DNA of 64,000 nt from Planctomycetota bacterium. Its GTDB lineage: Bacteria > Planctomycetota > B129-G9 > JAJDCN01. Shown here piece by piece: positions 29,690-37,952 of the stretch (the first letter of the stretch is position 1; every line of letters begins with the position of its first letter). The notes under the pieces are model-generated. The model did not search any database. It was not told the origin of the DNA and saw only the letters and a program-made list of their open reading frames with translations. The stretch is from positions 929-64,928 of the forward strand of contig JAJDCN010000130.1 of NCBI GenBank assembly GCA_029260815.1, given 5' to 3'. Made by a program: the position numbers and the translations under genes.

Positions 29690-30121
29690 GTGGACCCACT
29701 TCTTACCGCATTCGATTCTTTCCTGAAAAACAAGGGCTTGCGGTTTACCGAGCCCCGCCGTCAAATTGTTGAAAAGGTGTTGACCCTTCACACGCACTTT
29801 ACGGCTGAAGAATTATACGAGCAATTGAAGAACGAATACGGCCATATCTCCAAGGCAACGCTCTACCGGACATTGGCCCTGCTGACCGAGAGCAACGTCC
29901 TGGAGGCCCAGGATTTTGGGGCCGGTTCCAATTATTACGAGCACAAGCTGGGTCATACGCACCACGACCACATGGTCTGCTTGAAGTGCAACCGAATCAT
30001 CGAATTCAAGGATGACAAAATCGAAGCTGCACAAGATGCGATGGCCAAAAAGCTCCGTTTCAAGCCGAGATACCATACCTTGAAAATCTACGGCACCTGT
30101 AGCCGGTGCCTTGGTACCTAG
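29690..30121 (+). CDS. fur: Fur family transcriptional regulator
   Basis: 143 aa with a winged-helix N-terminus ('RFTEPRRQIVEKVL...HFTAEELY') and 'HHDH' plus CxxC...CxxC metal sites. Confidence 0.85.
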   Translation: MDPLLTAFDSFLKNKGLRFTEPRRQIVEKVLTLHTHFTAEELYEQLKNEYGHISKATLYRTLALLTESNVLEAQDFGAGSNYYEHKLGHTHHDHMVCLKCNRIIEFKDDKIEAAQDAMAKKLRFKPRYHTLKIYGTCSRCLGT

Positions 30122-30171
30122 AACTCCTCTCCCCAACATCAAAACAACATTAATAGGCGTGCATTTTTCAT

Positions 30172-30200
30172 TTGACCTTTTGTTCGCCTTGGGGTATACT
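30172..30200 (+). promoter_or_regulatory. Putative sigma-70-type promoter (TTGACC-17 bp-TATACT) upstream of the ECF sigma gene
   Basis: Read directly: ttgacc at 30172-30177, a 17-nt spacer, tatact at 30195-30200. A ~230-nt leader lies between it and the sigma-factor start. Confidence 0.4.
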
Positions 30201-30439
30201 AATTACAGGTGAAGGGCAAGTTGACTACGCTACTTGTCCTCACGGCCCGCAAGCTACGGCGGGCACAAGTTACGGGTATTAGGCTACGGGTAAACGCCAC
30301 AGGTTGAGTAACCATCTGCGCGCGACAGGCTTAATCCCAGAAAAATATTGTTTATCGGTTGAAACAAAACCAGGATGCGGCTGGACTTTGTTCGGTCTAG
30401 TGGTTTCCTGTGCAGCCGGCTCAGGGGGGGGCTTCGGCG

Positions 30440-31024
30440 ATGAAGATAGAGTTAAAAGACAAACCGTCAGAAGGAAAAATGGCCGTGAACATCGAATTAG
30501 TAGATCGAGCAAAACAACAGGATCAAGAAGCGTATGCAGAGTTGGTAGACCTATATGCAGACAAGGTCTACGCGATCGCATACGGCTATGTCTTTAATGC
30601 CGCGGACGCTCGGGACTTGGTCCAAGAGGTCTTTATCAAAGCGTTCCGCTCCCTCTCTGATTTGAAAAATCCCGCCCAATTCAGAGCTTGGCTGTTTACC
30701 ATCGCCAATCGCAAAGCTCTGGATTCCCTGGACAAAAAGCAGGCGCCCACCTGCGCCGACCCGCGCGAAATCGACCAACTCGCCGGCGTCGAGGGCCGAC
30801 CGGGCGCGACCGAACAGGCTGACGAGGCATCGACGCAATCTGAGGTCGCCCAAGTCCTGGCCGCTCTGCCGGACGAGCATCGGGTTGTCCTGACCCTTCG
30901 GTATCTGGAGCAGATGAACTACACGCAGATCGCCGAGGCGCTGGGGACCAATGTGGAAACCGTTAGCAATCGCCTCGTTCGGGCCAAACGCTACGTCAAA
31001 AAGCACCTACCCCGCACCAACTGA
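30440..31024 (+). CDS. ECF-subfamily RNA polymerase sigma-70 factor
   Basis: Has a sigma-70 region 2 ('YVFNAADARDLVQEVFIKAF') and region 4 ('LPDEHRVVLTLRYLEQMNYTQIAEALG'). The preferred start at 30440 has a G-rich RBS, but 30410 and 30479 are also possible. Confidence 0.8.
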   Translation: MKIELKDKPSEGKMAVNIELVDRAKQQDQEAYAELVDLYADKVYAIAYGYVFNAADARDLVQEVFIKAFRSLSDLKNPAQFRAWLFTIANRKALDSLDKKQAPTCADPREIDQLAGVEGRPGATEQADEASTQSEVAQVLAALPDEHRVVLTLRYLEQMNYTQIAEALGTNVETVSNRLVRAKRYVKKHLPRTN

Positions 31025-31061
31025 TCCGCATCTCGTCCGTCGGATCCTGCACGCTCCCGAG

Positions 31062-32696
31062 TCAAGCCCGGAAACGTTTGGCGATGGGAATGCGCCGGCC
31101 GGAGCCGAACGCCTTGGACGTGATCTTGAGCCCCGGCGGCGCCTGGCGGCGCTTGTATTCGTTTCGGTCCACACGCTCCGCAATGGAACGAACCACCGCT
31201 TCGTCGAACCCTTCCGTGACGATCTCTTCAATGCTTTTCGCGCCTTCGATATACAGTTCGAGAATCGCGTCCAAAGCGTCGTAAGGCGGCAGAGAATCCT
31301 GATCGGCCTGATCCGGCTTCAATTCCGCGCTGGGCTCTTTGAGGATGCTTTGATTTGGAATCACCTCGCCGCCGCGATTGATATAGCGTGCCAACTCGTA
31401 CACCTGCGTCTTGGGCAGATCCGACAACACCGCCAACCCGCCGTTCATGTCGCCGTACAACGTGCAGTATCCCACGGCCAACTCGCTTTTGTTTCCGGTC
31501 GTCAACAGCAGTGCGTCGAACTTGTTGGCGTAGGCCATCAGGATATTGCCGCGGATGCGAGCCTGCATGTTTTCCTCGGTGACGTCGGGCTGGGTCCCTG
31601 CGAATGCCTCGGCCATCGTTTCTTCGAAGGCCGTATGGATCTCTTCAATCGGGATCGTTACGTGGGGCAAGACCAGGTTCCTGGACAAGGTCCAGGCGTC
31701 GGACGTGCTGCCCTCCGAGGAATAGCGCGACGGCATGGCGATCGCCGTCACGTTGTGCGGACCCAGCGCGGTCGCCGCAATCGCCGCGGTCACCGCCGAA
31801 TCGATCCCGCCGCTGACACCCACGACCGCCTTGGTAAAGCCGCACTTATGCACGTAGTCGCGCACGCCCAATACCAGCGCGTCGTGGATCAACTCGATAG
31901 GCTCGGCCAAGTCCCAACCTTCGCGACCCTGCTCGCCGGTGTCGAACACCACCAAGCCTTCTTCGAAGAACGGCCCGTGGCCGATCATATGTCCGTCGCC
32001 GTTGAACACGATGGACCCGCCGTCGAAGACCAGTTCGTCGTTGCCGCCCACCTGGTTGACGTAGATCACCGGCACCGACAGCTCGCGCGCGCGCCGCTGG
32101 AGCATCTCGTATTTGCGCCCCGTCTTGCCCGCCTCGAAGGGCGAGCTGGAGATGTTGATGATCATCTGGGCCCCTGCTTCGGCCAGCTCCGCCACCGGAT
32201 CGCGGCGATAGCGGCGGTGATACTCGAAAGACTCATCCGCCCAGATGTCCTCGCAGATGGTGATTCCTAATTTGCAGTCGTCGATCTCGGCCACGGCCAA
32301 TTCGCCCGCCGGCTCGAAGTAACGATCCTCGTCGAAGATGTCGTAGGTCGGCAGCAGGGTCTTGTGATGTACGCTGATGAGCCTGCCCTCGCCCAGCAGC
32401 GCGGCGGAGTTGCGGAAGCGCCGTCCGTGTTCCCCGTCGTTGATGTCCACAAAGCCGACGATCGCGTGGAGATCTTTTGTTTGCTCTGCGATCTCGTCCA
32501 ACGTTCGCCGGCCCTGGTCCACAAAGGCCGAATACTCCAACAGGTCCCGCGGCGGGTAACCATTCACCGCCATCTCCGGGAACACCACCAGCGTCGCCCC
32601 CGCGCGGCGTGCGTCCGCCATCGCCGCCAGGATCGATTGTTTGTTCCGTTCGTAATCCCCGATTACCGGGTTGATCTGTGCCAAAGCGATTTTCAT
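31062..32696 (-). CDS. nadE: Glutamine-dependent NAD+ synthetase (nitrilase domain plus NadE domain)
   Basis: 544 aa with an N-terminal CN-hydrolase domain ('VVFPEMAVNGYP', 'LPTYDIFDEDRYFEP') and a C-terminal ATP pyrophosphatase 'GVSGGIDSAV' SGGxDS motif. Confidence 0.9.
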   Translation of the reverse strand: MKIALAQINPVIGDYERNKQSILAAMADARRAGATLVVFPEMAVNGYPPRDLLEYSAFVDQGRRTLDEIAEQTKDLHAIVGFVDINDGEHGRRFRNSAALLGEGRLISVHHKTLLPTYDIFDEDRYFEPAGELAVAEIDDCKLGITICEDIWADESFEYHRRYRRDPVAELAEAGAQMIINISSSPFEAGKTGRKYEMLQRRARELSVPVIYVNQVGGNDELVFDGGSIVFNGDGHMIGHGPFFEEGLVVFDTGEQGREGWDLAEPIELIHDALVLGVRDYVHKCGFTKAVVGVSGGIDSAVTAAIAATALGPHNVTAIAMPSRYSSEGSTSDAWTLSRNLVLPHVTIPIEEIHTAFEETMAEAFAGTQPDVTEENMQARIRGNILMAYANKFDALLLTTGNKSELAVGYCTLYGDMNGGLAVLSDLPKTQVYELARYINRGGEVIPNQSILKEPSAELKPDQADQDSLPPYDALDAILELYIEGAKSIEEIVTEGFDEAVVRSIAERVDRNEYKRRQAPPGLKITSKAFGSGRRIPIAKRFRA

Positions 32697-32787
32697 GTGG
32701 CCCCCAGGATAATTCGCTTATGTTTTCCAGCATCTATCTTAGCGCCCAGACGGAACCATGAAAACCAAAAAGTACAGCAGTCGCCGC

Positions 32788-34179
32788 TTATGGTTTGAGC
32801 GGGATGACCAGGTAGAAGTCCTTCGTCTCTTCCGGCGGCGCGATGCTGTATTTACCTGGCTCCACTTCGTCCTCCGGCTGGATGCCGCCATCGTCCTTGC
32901 CGTCTTCACCGACCGAATAGAGAACAATCTGTTCTTCGGATCGCTTAAATTCAAACGGCCTTCCGGAGAACGGGTCCGTGATTAGATCCTTATCGAACGC
33001 GCGGAGATCGGCCGGAAAGGCCTTGCCTTCCAGCTGATCTGCCTTGATGTAACAGGCTAGTGCGGTGAGCTTTGCTTGGGCCTCCGCATAAGCGAAACCT
33101 TCCCTGACTCCGACAATGTTGAGATCAAGCACGCGCGCAAGCTTTGCCCAGAAAGGAAAGTTTTTCTTCCTGGGTGTTGGCATGATGTTCTCATAAAAAG
33201 GCTTAACGTACATTTCCATATTCTGTCTGAAGTTCTTCAAATACAGCTGCTTGTCCAGCAGAAGAATCGGACGCTGGAGCAATAACACAAGAGATTTAGA
33301 CGCTGAGAGCGGGCGAGAATCTGCTGAGAGCTGTCTTTTTAGAACGCTGTCAATAATCTGAATACCCAAGACCCGTTCGAAATAGATAGATCGCCCAAGA
33401 GATTCCCGTGTTGGCATAGAAGAGGAGAGCAGAGTTGCTGTTTCTCTAAGGCCCTCGGGCGAAGGTGACCCATGGGACAGGATATGAACCGTCAATCTAC
33501 AGCTCGTATTCTGATGGCCTGTGCGCAACAGCGCAACAACCAATAAGGGCGTTCTCTCGATTGTATTGCTCAGACGGAGGATGTGTGTCGCTTGCTCAAG
33601 AGCCTCGTCTCCATCAGACTTCTGCAGCGCATTGAGGGCACGCATCTGCAGCAATGCTTCAAGAGAACTCAGACCAATTAGTTCAGAAAACTCCACTTGA
33701 AAGCCAAGCTCATAAGGCAGATCGAACCAAAAATCAGGCATCCCCAATCCCTCATCCATCTTGTCGAGAACGGGAGCAAAGCTCTCTAACAATTTCTGAA
33801 TGTCGCTTGGATTTTCTTGCGCCCAATCGAGTGATTCTCTGATTTCATTTTGGCAGTTGTTCCACAACGTTGCCAGGTCTGGATCCTTCTGAATTCGCTC
33901 AAACTCCTGGATGGCTTCAACCAGGAGAAGGGCCCCGTTCTCTTCATCGGGGATAAGTGGGGGGATCATCTCGGCGATCGTGACGGGCTCGCCGCGCGCG
34001 CGGATCTTGTCCAGTTCCGCCTCCACCCGGTCGGAGATGATCCAGCATGCACTGAGCCAGGTGACGATCGGAAGGGCGACCAGGATCAGGACGATAATCA
34101 GGATGACCTTGCGCCGGGTGCGCCTGAGCTTTTCAGGATCCACGAAAACTTCATCGTTGCTGGGGTCCGGCTGCGTCAT
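32788..34179 (-). CDS. Hypothetical membrane-anchored protein
   Basis: 463 aa with an N-terminal TM helix after a basic stretch (RRTRRKVILIIVLILVALPIV) and a large helical extracytoplasmic or cytoplasmic domain. GC is lower than the flanking genes. No family recognised. Confidence 0.5.
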   Translation of the reverse strand: MTQPDPSNDEVFVDPEKLRRTRRKVILIIVLILVALPIVTWLSACWIISDRVEAELDKIRARGEPVTIAEMIPPLIPDEENGALLLVEAIQEFERIQKDPDLATLWNNCQNEIRESLDWAQENPSDIQKLLESFAPVLDKMDEGLGMPDFWFDLPYELGFQVEFSELIGLSSLEALLQMRALNALQKSDGDEALEQATHILRLSNTIERTPLLVVALLRTGHQNTSCRLTVHILSHGSPSPEGLRETATLLSSSMPTRESLGRSIYFERVLGIQIIDSVLKRQLSADSRPLSASKSLVLLLQRPILLLDKQLYLKNFRQNMEMYVKPFYENIMPTPRKKNFPFWAKLARVLDLNIVGVREGFAYAEAQAKLTALACYIKADQLEGKAFPADLRAFDKDLITDPFSGRPFEFKRSEEQIVLYSVGEDGKDDGGIQPEDEVEPGKYSIAPPEETKDFYLVIPLKP

Positions 34180-34259
34180 GATGGCACGATCCTAACAATA
34201 CCGTCGAGTGGATGTCAACGCGCCCAATCCGCTTGACCCGGCGGGGGAAATATGGTGCA

Positions 34260-35171
34260 ATGAGGCACTATTTTCAAACTGAAACCGGGGCTCGCGACGT
34301 GAAAAACTTCCAATACCATGCGCCCAACTCCCTGACCGAGGCCTTGACGCTGCTCCACCGGCATGGAAAAAACGCAAACGTCCTGGCCGGCGGGACCGAC
34401 CTGCTGGTCCAGACCAAGCGCCGCGTGGCGGAGCCGCGTTTCGTCATCTCCGCAAAGAAGCTACCGAACCTGGATTACATCGAACAAATCGGCACCGACG
34501 GCCTGAAGATCGGCGCCTTCGCCACGCTGACGGCCGTGCTGGAGAATCCCTTCGCCTGTCGCGCCGCGCGGTTTCTGTCATCGGTGGCCAAGCGCATGGC
34601 CGGTCCCGCGATCCGCAACACCGCCACAGTGGGCGGCAACCTGTGTAACGCATCGCCCGCCGCGGACATGTCTGCCGGGCTGATCGCCCTGGGCGCCAGC
34701 GCGGTGATGGCCAGCGAGGCCCAGGAGCGGGCCATGCCGGTAGAGGCTTTCTTTCTCGGTCCCGGAAAGTCTGCACGCAAACCGGACGAAATGCTCGTCC
34801 GGGTCGACGTGCCCGATGCGGGCCGGCGCTTTTGCGACTACCAACGCCTGTCAGTCCGCAAGGCGATCGATATCGCAATCGTCGGCGTGGCCGTTTCGGC
34901 CCAAATCAGCGAGGCCGGATACGCCTCCGACCTTCGCATCGCCCTGGGCGCCGTGGCGCCGATCCCCCTGCGGGCCAAGCAGGCCGAAACAATCGTCGAA
35001 GGCCAGCCCTTCAGCGAAGAGATGGTCCGTGAGGCTGCAGCAATGGCTGCCTCGGAAAGTTCGCCCATCACCGACGTGCGGGCCTCGGCCGACTACCGCC
35101 GGGACATGGTGGCGGTATTGACCCGCCGGGCCCTTGCCGGTGTCTTCCACGCCGCGAAAGAGGAGGCGTAG
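34260..35171 (+). CDS. Molybdo-hydroxylase FAD-binding subunit (CoxM/XdhB-like)
   Basis: Has FAD_binding_5 motifs 'LAGGTDLLV' and 'ATVGGNLCNASP', and a CO-dehydrogenase flavoprotein C-terminal domain. The start at MRHYF is tentative. Confidence 0.8.
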   Translation: MRHYFQTETGARDVKNFQYHAPNSLTEALTLLHRHGKNANVLAGGTDLLVQTKRRVAEPRFVISAKKLPNLDYIEQIGTDGLKIGAFATLTAVLENPFACRAARFLSSVAKRMAGPAIRNTATVGGNLCNASPAADMSAGLIALGASAVMASEAQERAMPVEAFFLGPGKSARKPDEMLVRVDVPDAGRRFCDYQRLSVRKAIDIAIVGVAVSAQISEAGYASDLRIALGAVAPIPLRAKQAETIVEGQPFSEEMVREAAAMAASESSPITDVRASADYRRDMVAVLTRRALAGVFHAAKEEA

Positions 35172-35172
35172 G

Positions 35173-35670
35173 ATGGCGCAGCATGCGATCCACCTGACCA
35201 TCAATAGCGAACCGCACGAACTGACGGTGCAGCCGAACCGCACACTGCTGGACGTGTTGCGCGAGGATCTGGGACTGACCGGGACCAACAAGAGCTGTGG
35301 CACCGGCGACTGCGGAGCCTGTACGGTGCTCATGGATGGCCTGTCGGTCAACTCCTGCCTGACCCTGGCGGTGGAGGCGGACGGGACCGACGTAGTGACT
35401 GTGGAAGGTCTGGCCCGCGAACGCCAACTCCACCCGGTGCAGGAAGGGTTCGTCAAACACAACGCCATCCAGTGTGGCTTCTGTTCGCCCGGCATGATTA
35501 TGGCGGGCGCGGCCCTGCTGGAGCGCAACCCGTCGCCTACGGACGAAGAGATCCGCCGCGGTCTAGAAGGCAACCTCTGCCGCTGCACCGGCTACACCAA
35601 GATCGTGGACGCGGTGCGTTGGGCGGCGGAGCGGATGAACGACGCGACGCCCGTGGAGGACGCACCATGA
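35173..35670 (+). CDS. Molybdo-hydroxylase [2Fe-2S] small subunit (CoxS-like)
   Basis: 'CGTGDCGACTV' is a plant-type 2Fe-2S site and 'CGFCSPGM...CRCTGY' is the second cluster. Real start is MAQHAI. Confidence 0.85.
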   Translation: MAQHAIHLTINSEPHELTVQPNRTLLDVLREDLGLTGTNKSCGTGDCGACTVLMDGLSVNSCLTLAVEADGTDVVTVEGLARERQLHPVQEGFVKHNAIQCGFCSPGMIMAGAALLERNPSPTDEEIRRGLEGNLCRCTGYTKIVDAVRWAAERMNDATPVEDAP

Positions 35671-37952
35671 GCGAGTTCGCCGTCATCGGCAAGAACTTGC
35701 CCAAGCCCGACGCCTTCGGCAAGGCGACCGGCGCGGCGCTGTACATCCACGACGTGGAGGTCAAGGGCATGCTCCACGCGCGCATCAAGCGCTCCGAACG
35801 GCCCCACGCGCGCATCGTCTCCATCGATACAAGCAAGGCGCGGGAACTGCCCGGCGTCAAAGCAGTCATTACCGCGGCCGACTTTTCGACCGTGACCCCG
35901 TTCGGCTTCCACAAGGACCATCCGCCGCTCAAGGGCGACAAGGTCCGTTCCTACGCGGACGAGATCGCCGCGGTGGCCGCGATAAGCGAGGACATCGCGC
36001 AGGCGGCCTGCGACCTGATCGTTGTAGAGTACGAAGACTTGGAGCCGGTCTTCACTGTGGCCGACGCGATGAAAGAAGGCGCGCCAATTATCCACGAGTC
36101 CAAGGGCACCAATCACGTAGAAGACTACGACTTCAATCACGGCGACGTGGATGCGGCTTTCGCCGAGGCCGACATCGTGTTGGAGGACGAATTTGAGCTG
36201 ACCTTCGTCAACCACTGCTGCCTGGGTCCCACCTGCATGATCGCCGAGTACGACCTGAACGAGAATCTCACCTTGTGGTCGCCCACGCAGATCCCGTTCC
36301 TGTTGCAGCGCGACTTGGCGGAGTGCCTGGGGATTCCTGCGACGAAGACCAAGATTATCCAGCCGCTGATCGGCGGAGCTTTCGGCAAGGGATTGGACAT
36401 GTACGCCTTCGAGCCGGTCTGCTGCATGCTGTCCATGAAGGCCGGACGTCCGGTGCGATTGTTGTTCAATCGCGAGGAAGAATTTCGCTACACACCCACG
36501 CGCCAACCGGTAAAGGGCCGTCTTAAGACCGGAGCCAAATCAGACGGTACATTGTTGGCGCGGGAGATGCGCGTATTGTTGGACATCGGGGCGTATGTGA
36601 GCTGGGGCGTGCTTACACCGGTGGTGGGGATGCATACGAACAGTTCGCTCTACCGCGTACCCAACGTCCGCTACCATGGCGAGGCCTATTATTCCAACAA
36701 CCCGTCGTCCGGCGCCATGCGCGGCTACGGCAATCCGCAGGCCACGTTCATGATCGAGACGCACATGGACATGTTGGCCGAGCGGTTGGGCATCGCGCCC
36801 GACGAGGTGCGCCGACGCAACGCGAACCGACCGGGTGACGAGACGCCGTCGGGCGCGAAGTATACGACGTGTGGTTTGCCCGAATGCATCGACATCATCG
36901 CGCGGGAAAGCGGGATCAACGCCGAGCGGGAGCGCACCGACGGCGGCCCGATCGCGCGAGGGATCGGTATGGCCTCCACGCTGAACGTGGCGGGCGGGGC
37001 GCGAATCTATCGCTCCGACGGTTGCGGCGCGATCGTTAAAGTAGACGACTTCGGCAAGGTCGGCCTCGTAACGGGTGCCACGGAGATCGGCCAGGGGACC
37101 GACCTGATCCTCACGCAAATCGTGGCCGAGGAGTTGGGCGTACCATTCGAGGACGTGCGGATCGTGCCGGCGGATACGGATATCAAGCCCTGGGACGTGG
37201 GCTGTCACGCTTCCCGTACCGCTTTCATCGCCGGCAACGCGGCGCGGATGGCAGCAGGCCAGGCGCGAGACAAGATCGTACTCCACGCGGCGAAGATGCT
37301 GGAGGCCCGACCGGAAGAGATCGACATTCGCGAGGGCAACGTGTTCGTCAGCGGTCAGGCGGACCGCTCGTTGCCGATCGGCAAGGTGGTCCGCGCGATC
37401 CACTTCCGTGGCGGCGGCAGCATCGTTACGACCGAGGCGTTCTACGACCCGCCCAACGAGATGACCGACGCGGGCCACAAAGGCAACATCTCGGCCACCT
37501 ACGGCTTTGGGACCCAGGCCGCGGCGGTCGAGGTGGACACCGAGACCGGTCAGGTCACCGTGAAAAAAATCTGGGCAGCGCACGACGTGGGACGCGTGCT
37601 CTCACCCATCGGAGCCGAAGGGCAGGTCGAGGGCGGAATCTCTATGGGCATGGGCTACGCATTGACCGAACAATTGATCGTGGAAGAAGGCGAGGTCAAG
37701 AACCCGACGTTCCTGGACTACCGGATCGCGACGTCATTGGACATGCCCGAGATCGAGACGCATTTTGTTGAGACCATTGACCCGGAAGGCCCGTTCGGCG
37801 CCAAGGGTTTGGGCGAGATGGGCTCGGTGCCCACGGCGCCGGCCATCGCCAATGCCGTCTTCGACGCCATCGGCGTGCGCATTCATAGCCTTCCGATCAC
37901 ACCCGAAAAAATTCTCCACGCACTCAAGGAAAAAAATCGCAGTGAGTCGTAA
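35667..37952 (+). CDS. Molybdopterin-dependent oxidoreductase large subunit (xanthine dehydrogenase/aldehyde oxidase family)
   Basis: 762 aa from MSEFAVIGK, overlapping the small-subunit stop (ATGA). Carries Ald_Xan_dh_C/C2 family motifs ('GGAFGKG', 'GQGTDLILTQIVAEELG', 'GAKGLGE'). Confidence 0.85.
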   Translation: MSEFAVIGKNLPKPDAFGKATGAALYIHDVEVKGMLHARIKRSERPHARIVSIDTSKARELPGVKAVITAADFSTVTPFGFHKDHPPLKGDKVRSYADEIAAVAAISEDIAQAACDLIVVEYEDLEPVFTVADAMKEGAPIIHESKGTNHVEDYDFNHGDVDAAFAEADIVLEDEFELTFVNHCCLGPTCMIAEYDLNENLTLWSPTQIPFLLQRDLAECLGIPATKTKIIQPLIGGAFGKGLDMYAFEPVCCMLSMKAGRPVRLLFNREEEFRYTPTRQPVKGRLKTGAKSDGTLLAREMRVLLDIGAYVSWGVLTPVVGMHTNSSLYRVPNVRYHGEAYYSNNPSSGAMRGYGNPQATFMIETHMDMLAERLGIAPDEVRRRNANRPGDETPSGAKYTTCGLPECIDIIARESGINAERERTDGGPIARGIGMASTLNVAGGARIYRSDGCGAIVKVDDFGKVGLVTGATEIGQGTDLILTQIVAEELGVPFEDVRIVPADTDIKPWDVGCHASRTAFIAGNAARMAAGQARDKIVLHAAKMLEARPEEIDIREGNVFVSGQADRSLPIGKVVRAIHFRGGGSIVTTEAFYDPPNEMTDAGHKGNISATYGFGTQAAAVEVDTETGQVTVKKIWAAHDVGRVLSPIGAEGQVEGGISMGMGYALTEQLIVEEGEVKNPTFLDYRIATSLDMPEIETHFVETIDPEGPFGAKGLGEMGSVPTAPAIANAVFDAIGVRIHSLPITPEKILHALKEKNRSES

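Noticed and set aside
30951-32270. 439-aa ORF on the plus strand
   Set aside because: Antisense to the well-supported nadE gene. Low-complexity R/A/G-rich product.
35592-37583. Two long minus-strand ORFs (304 aa and 347 aa)
   Set aside because: Antisense to the molybdopterin large-subunit gene.
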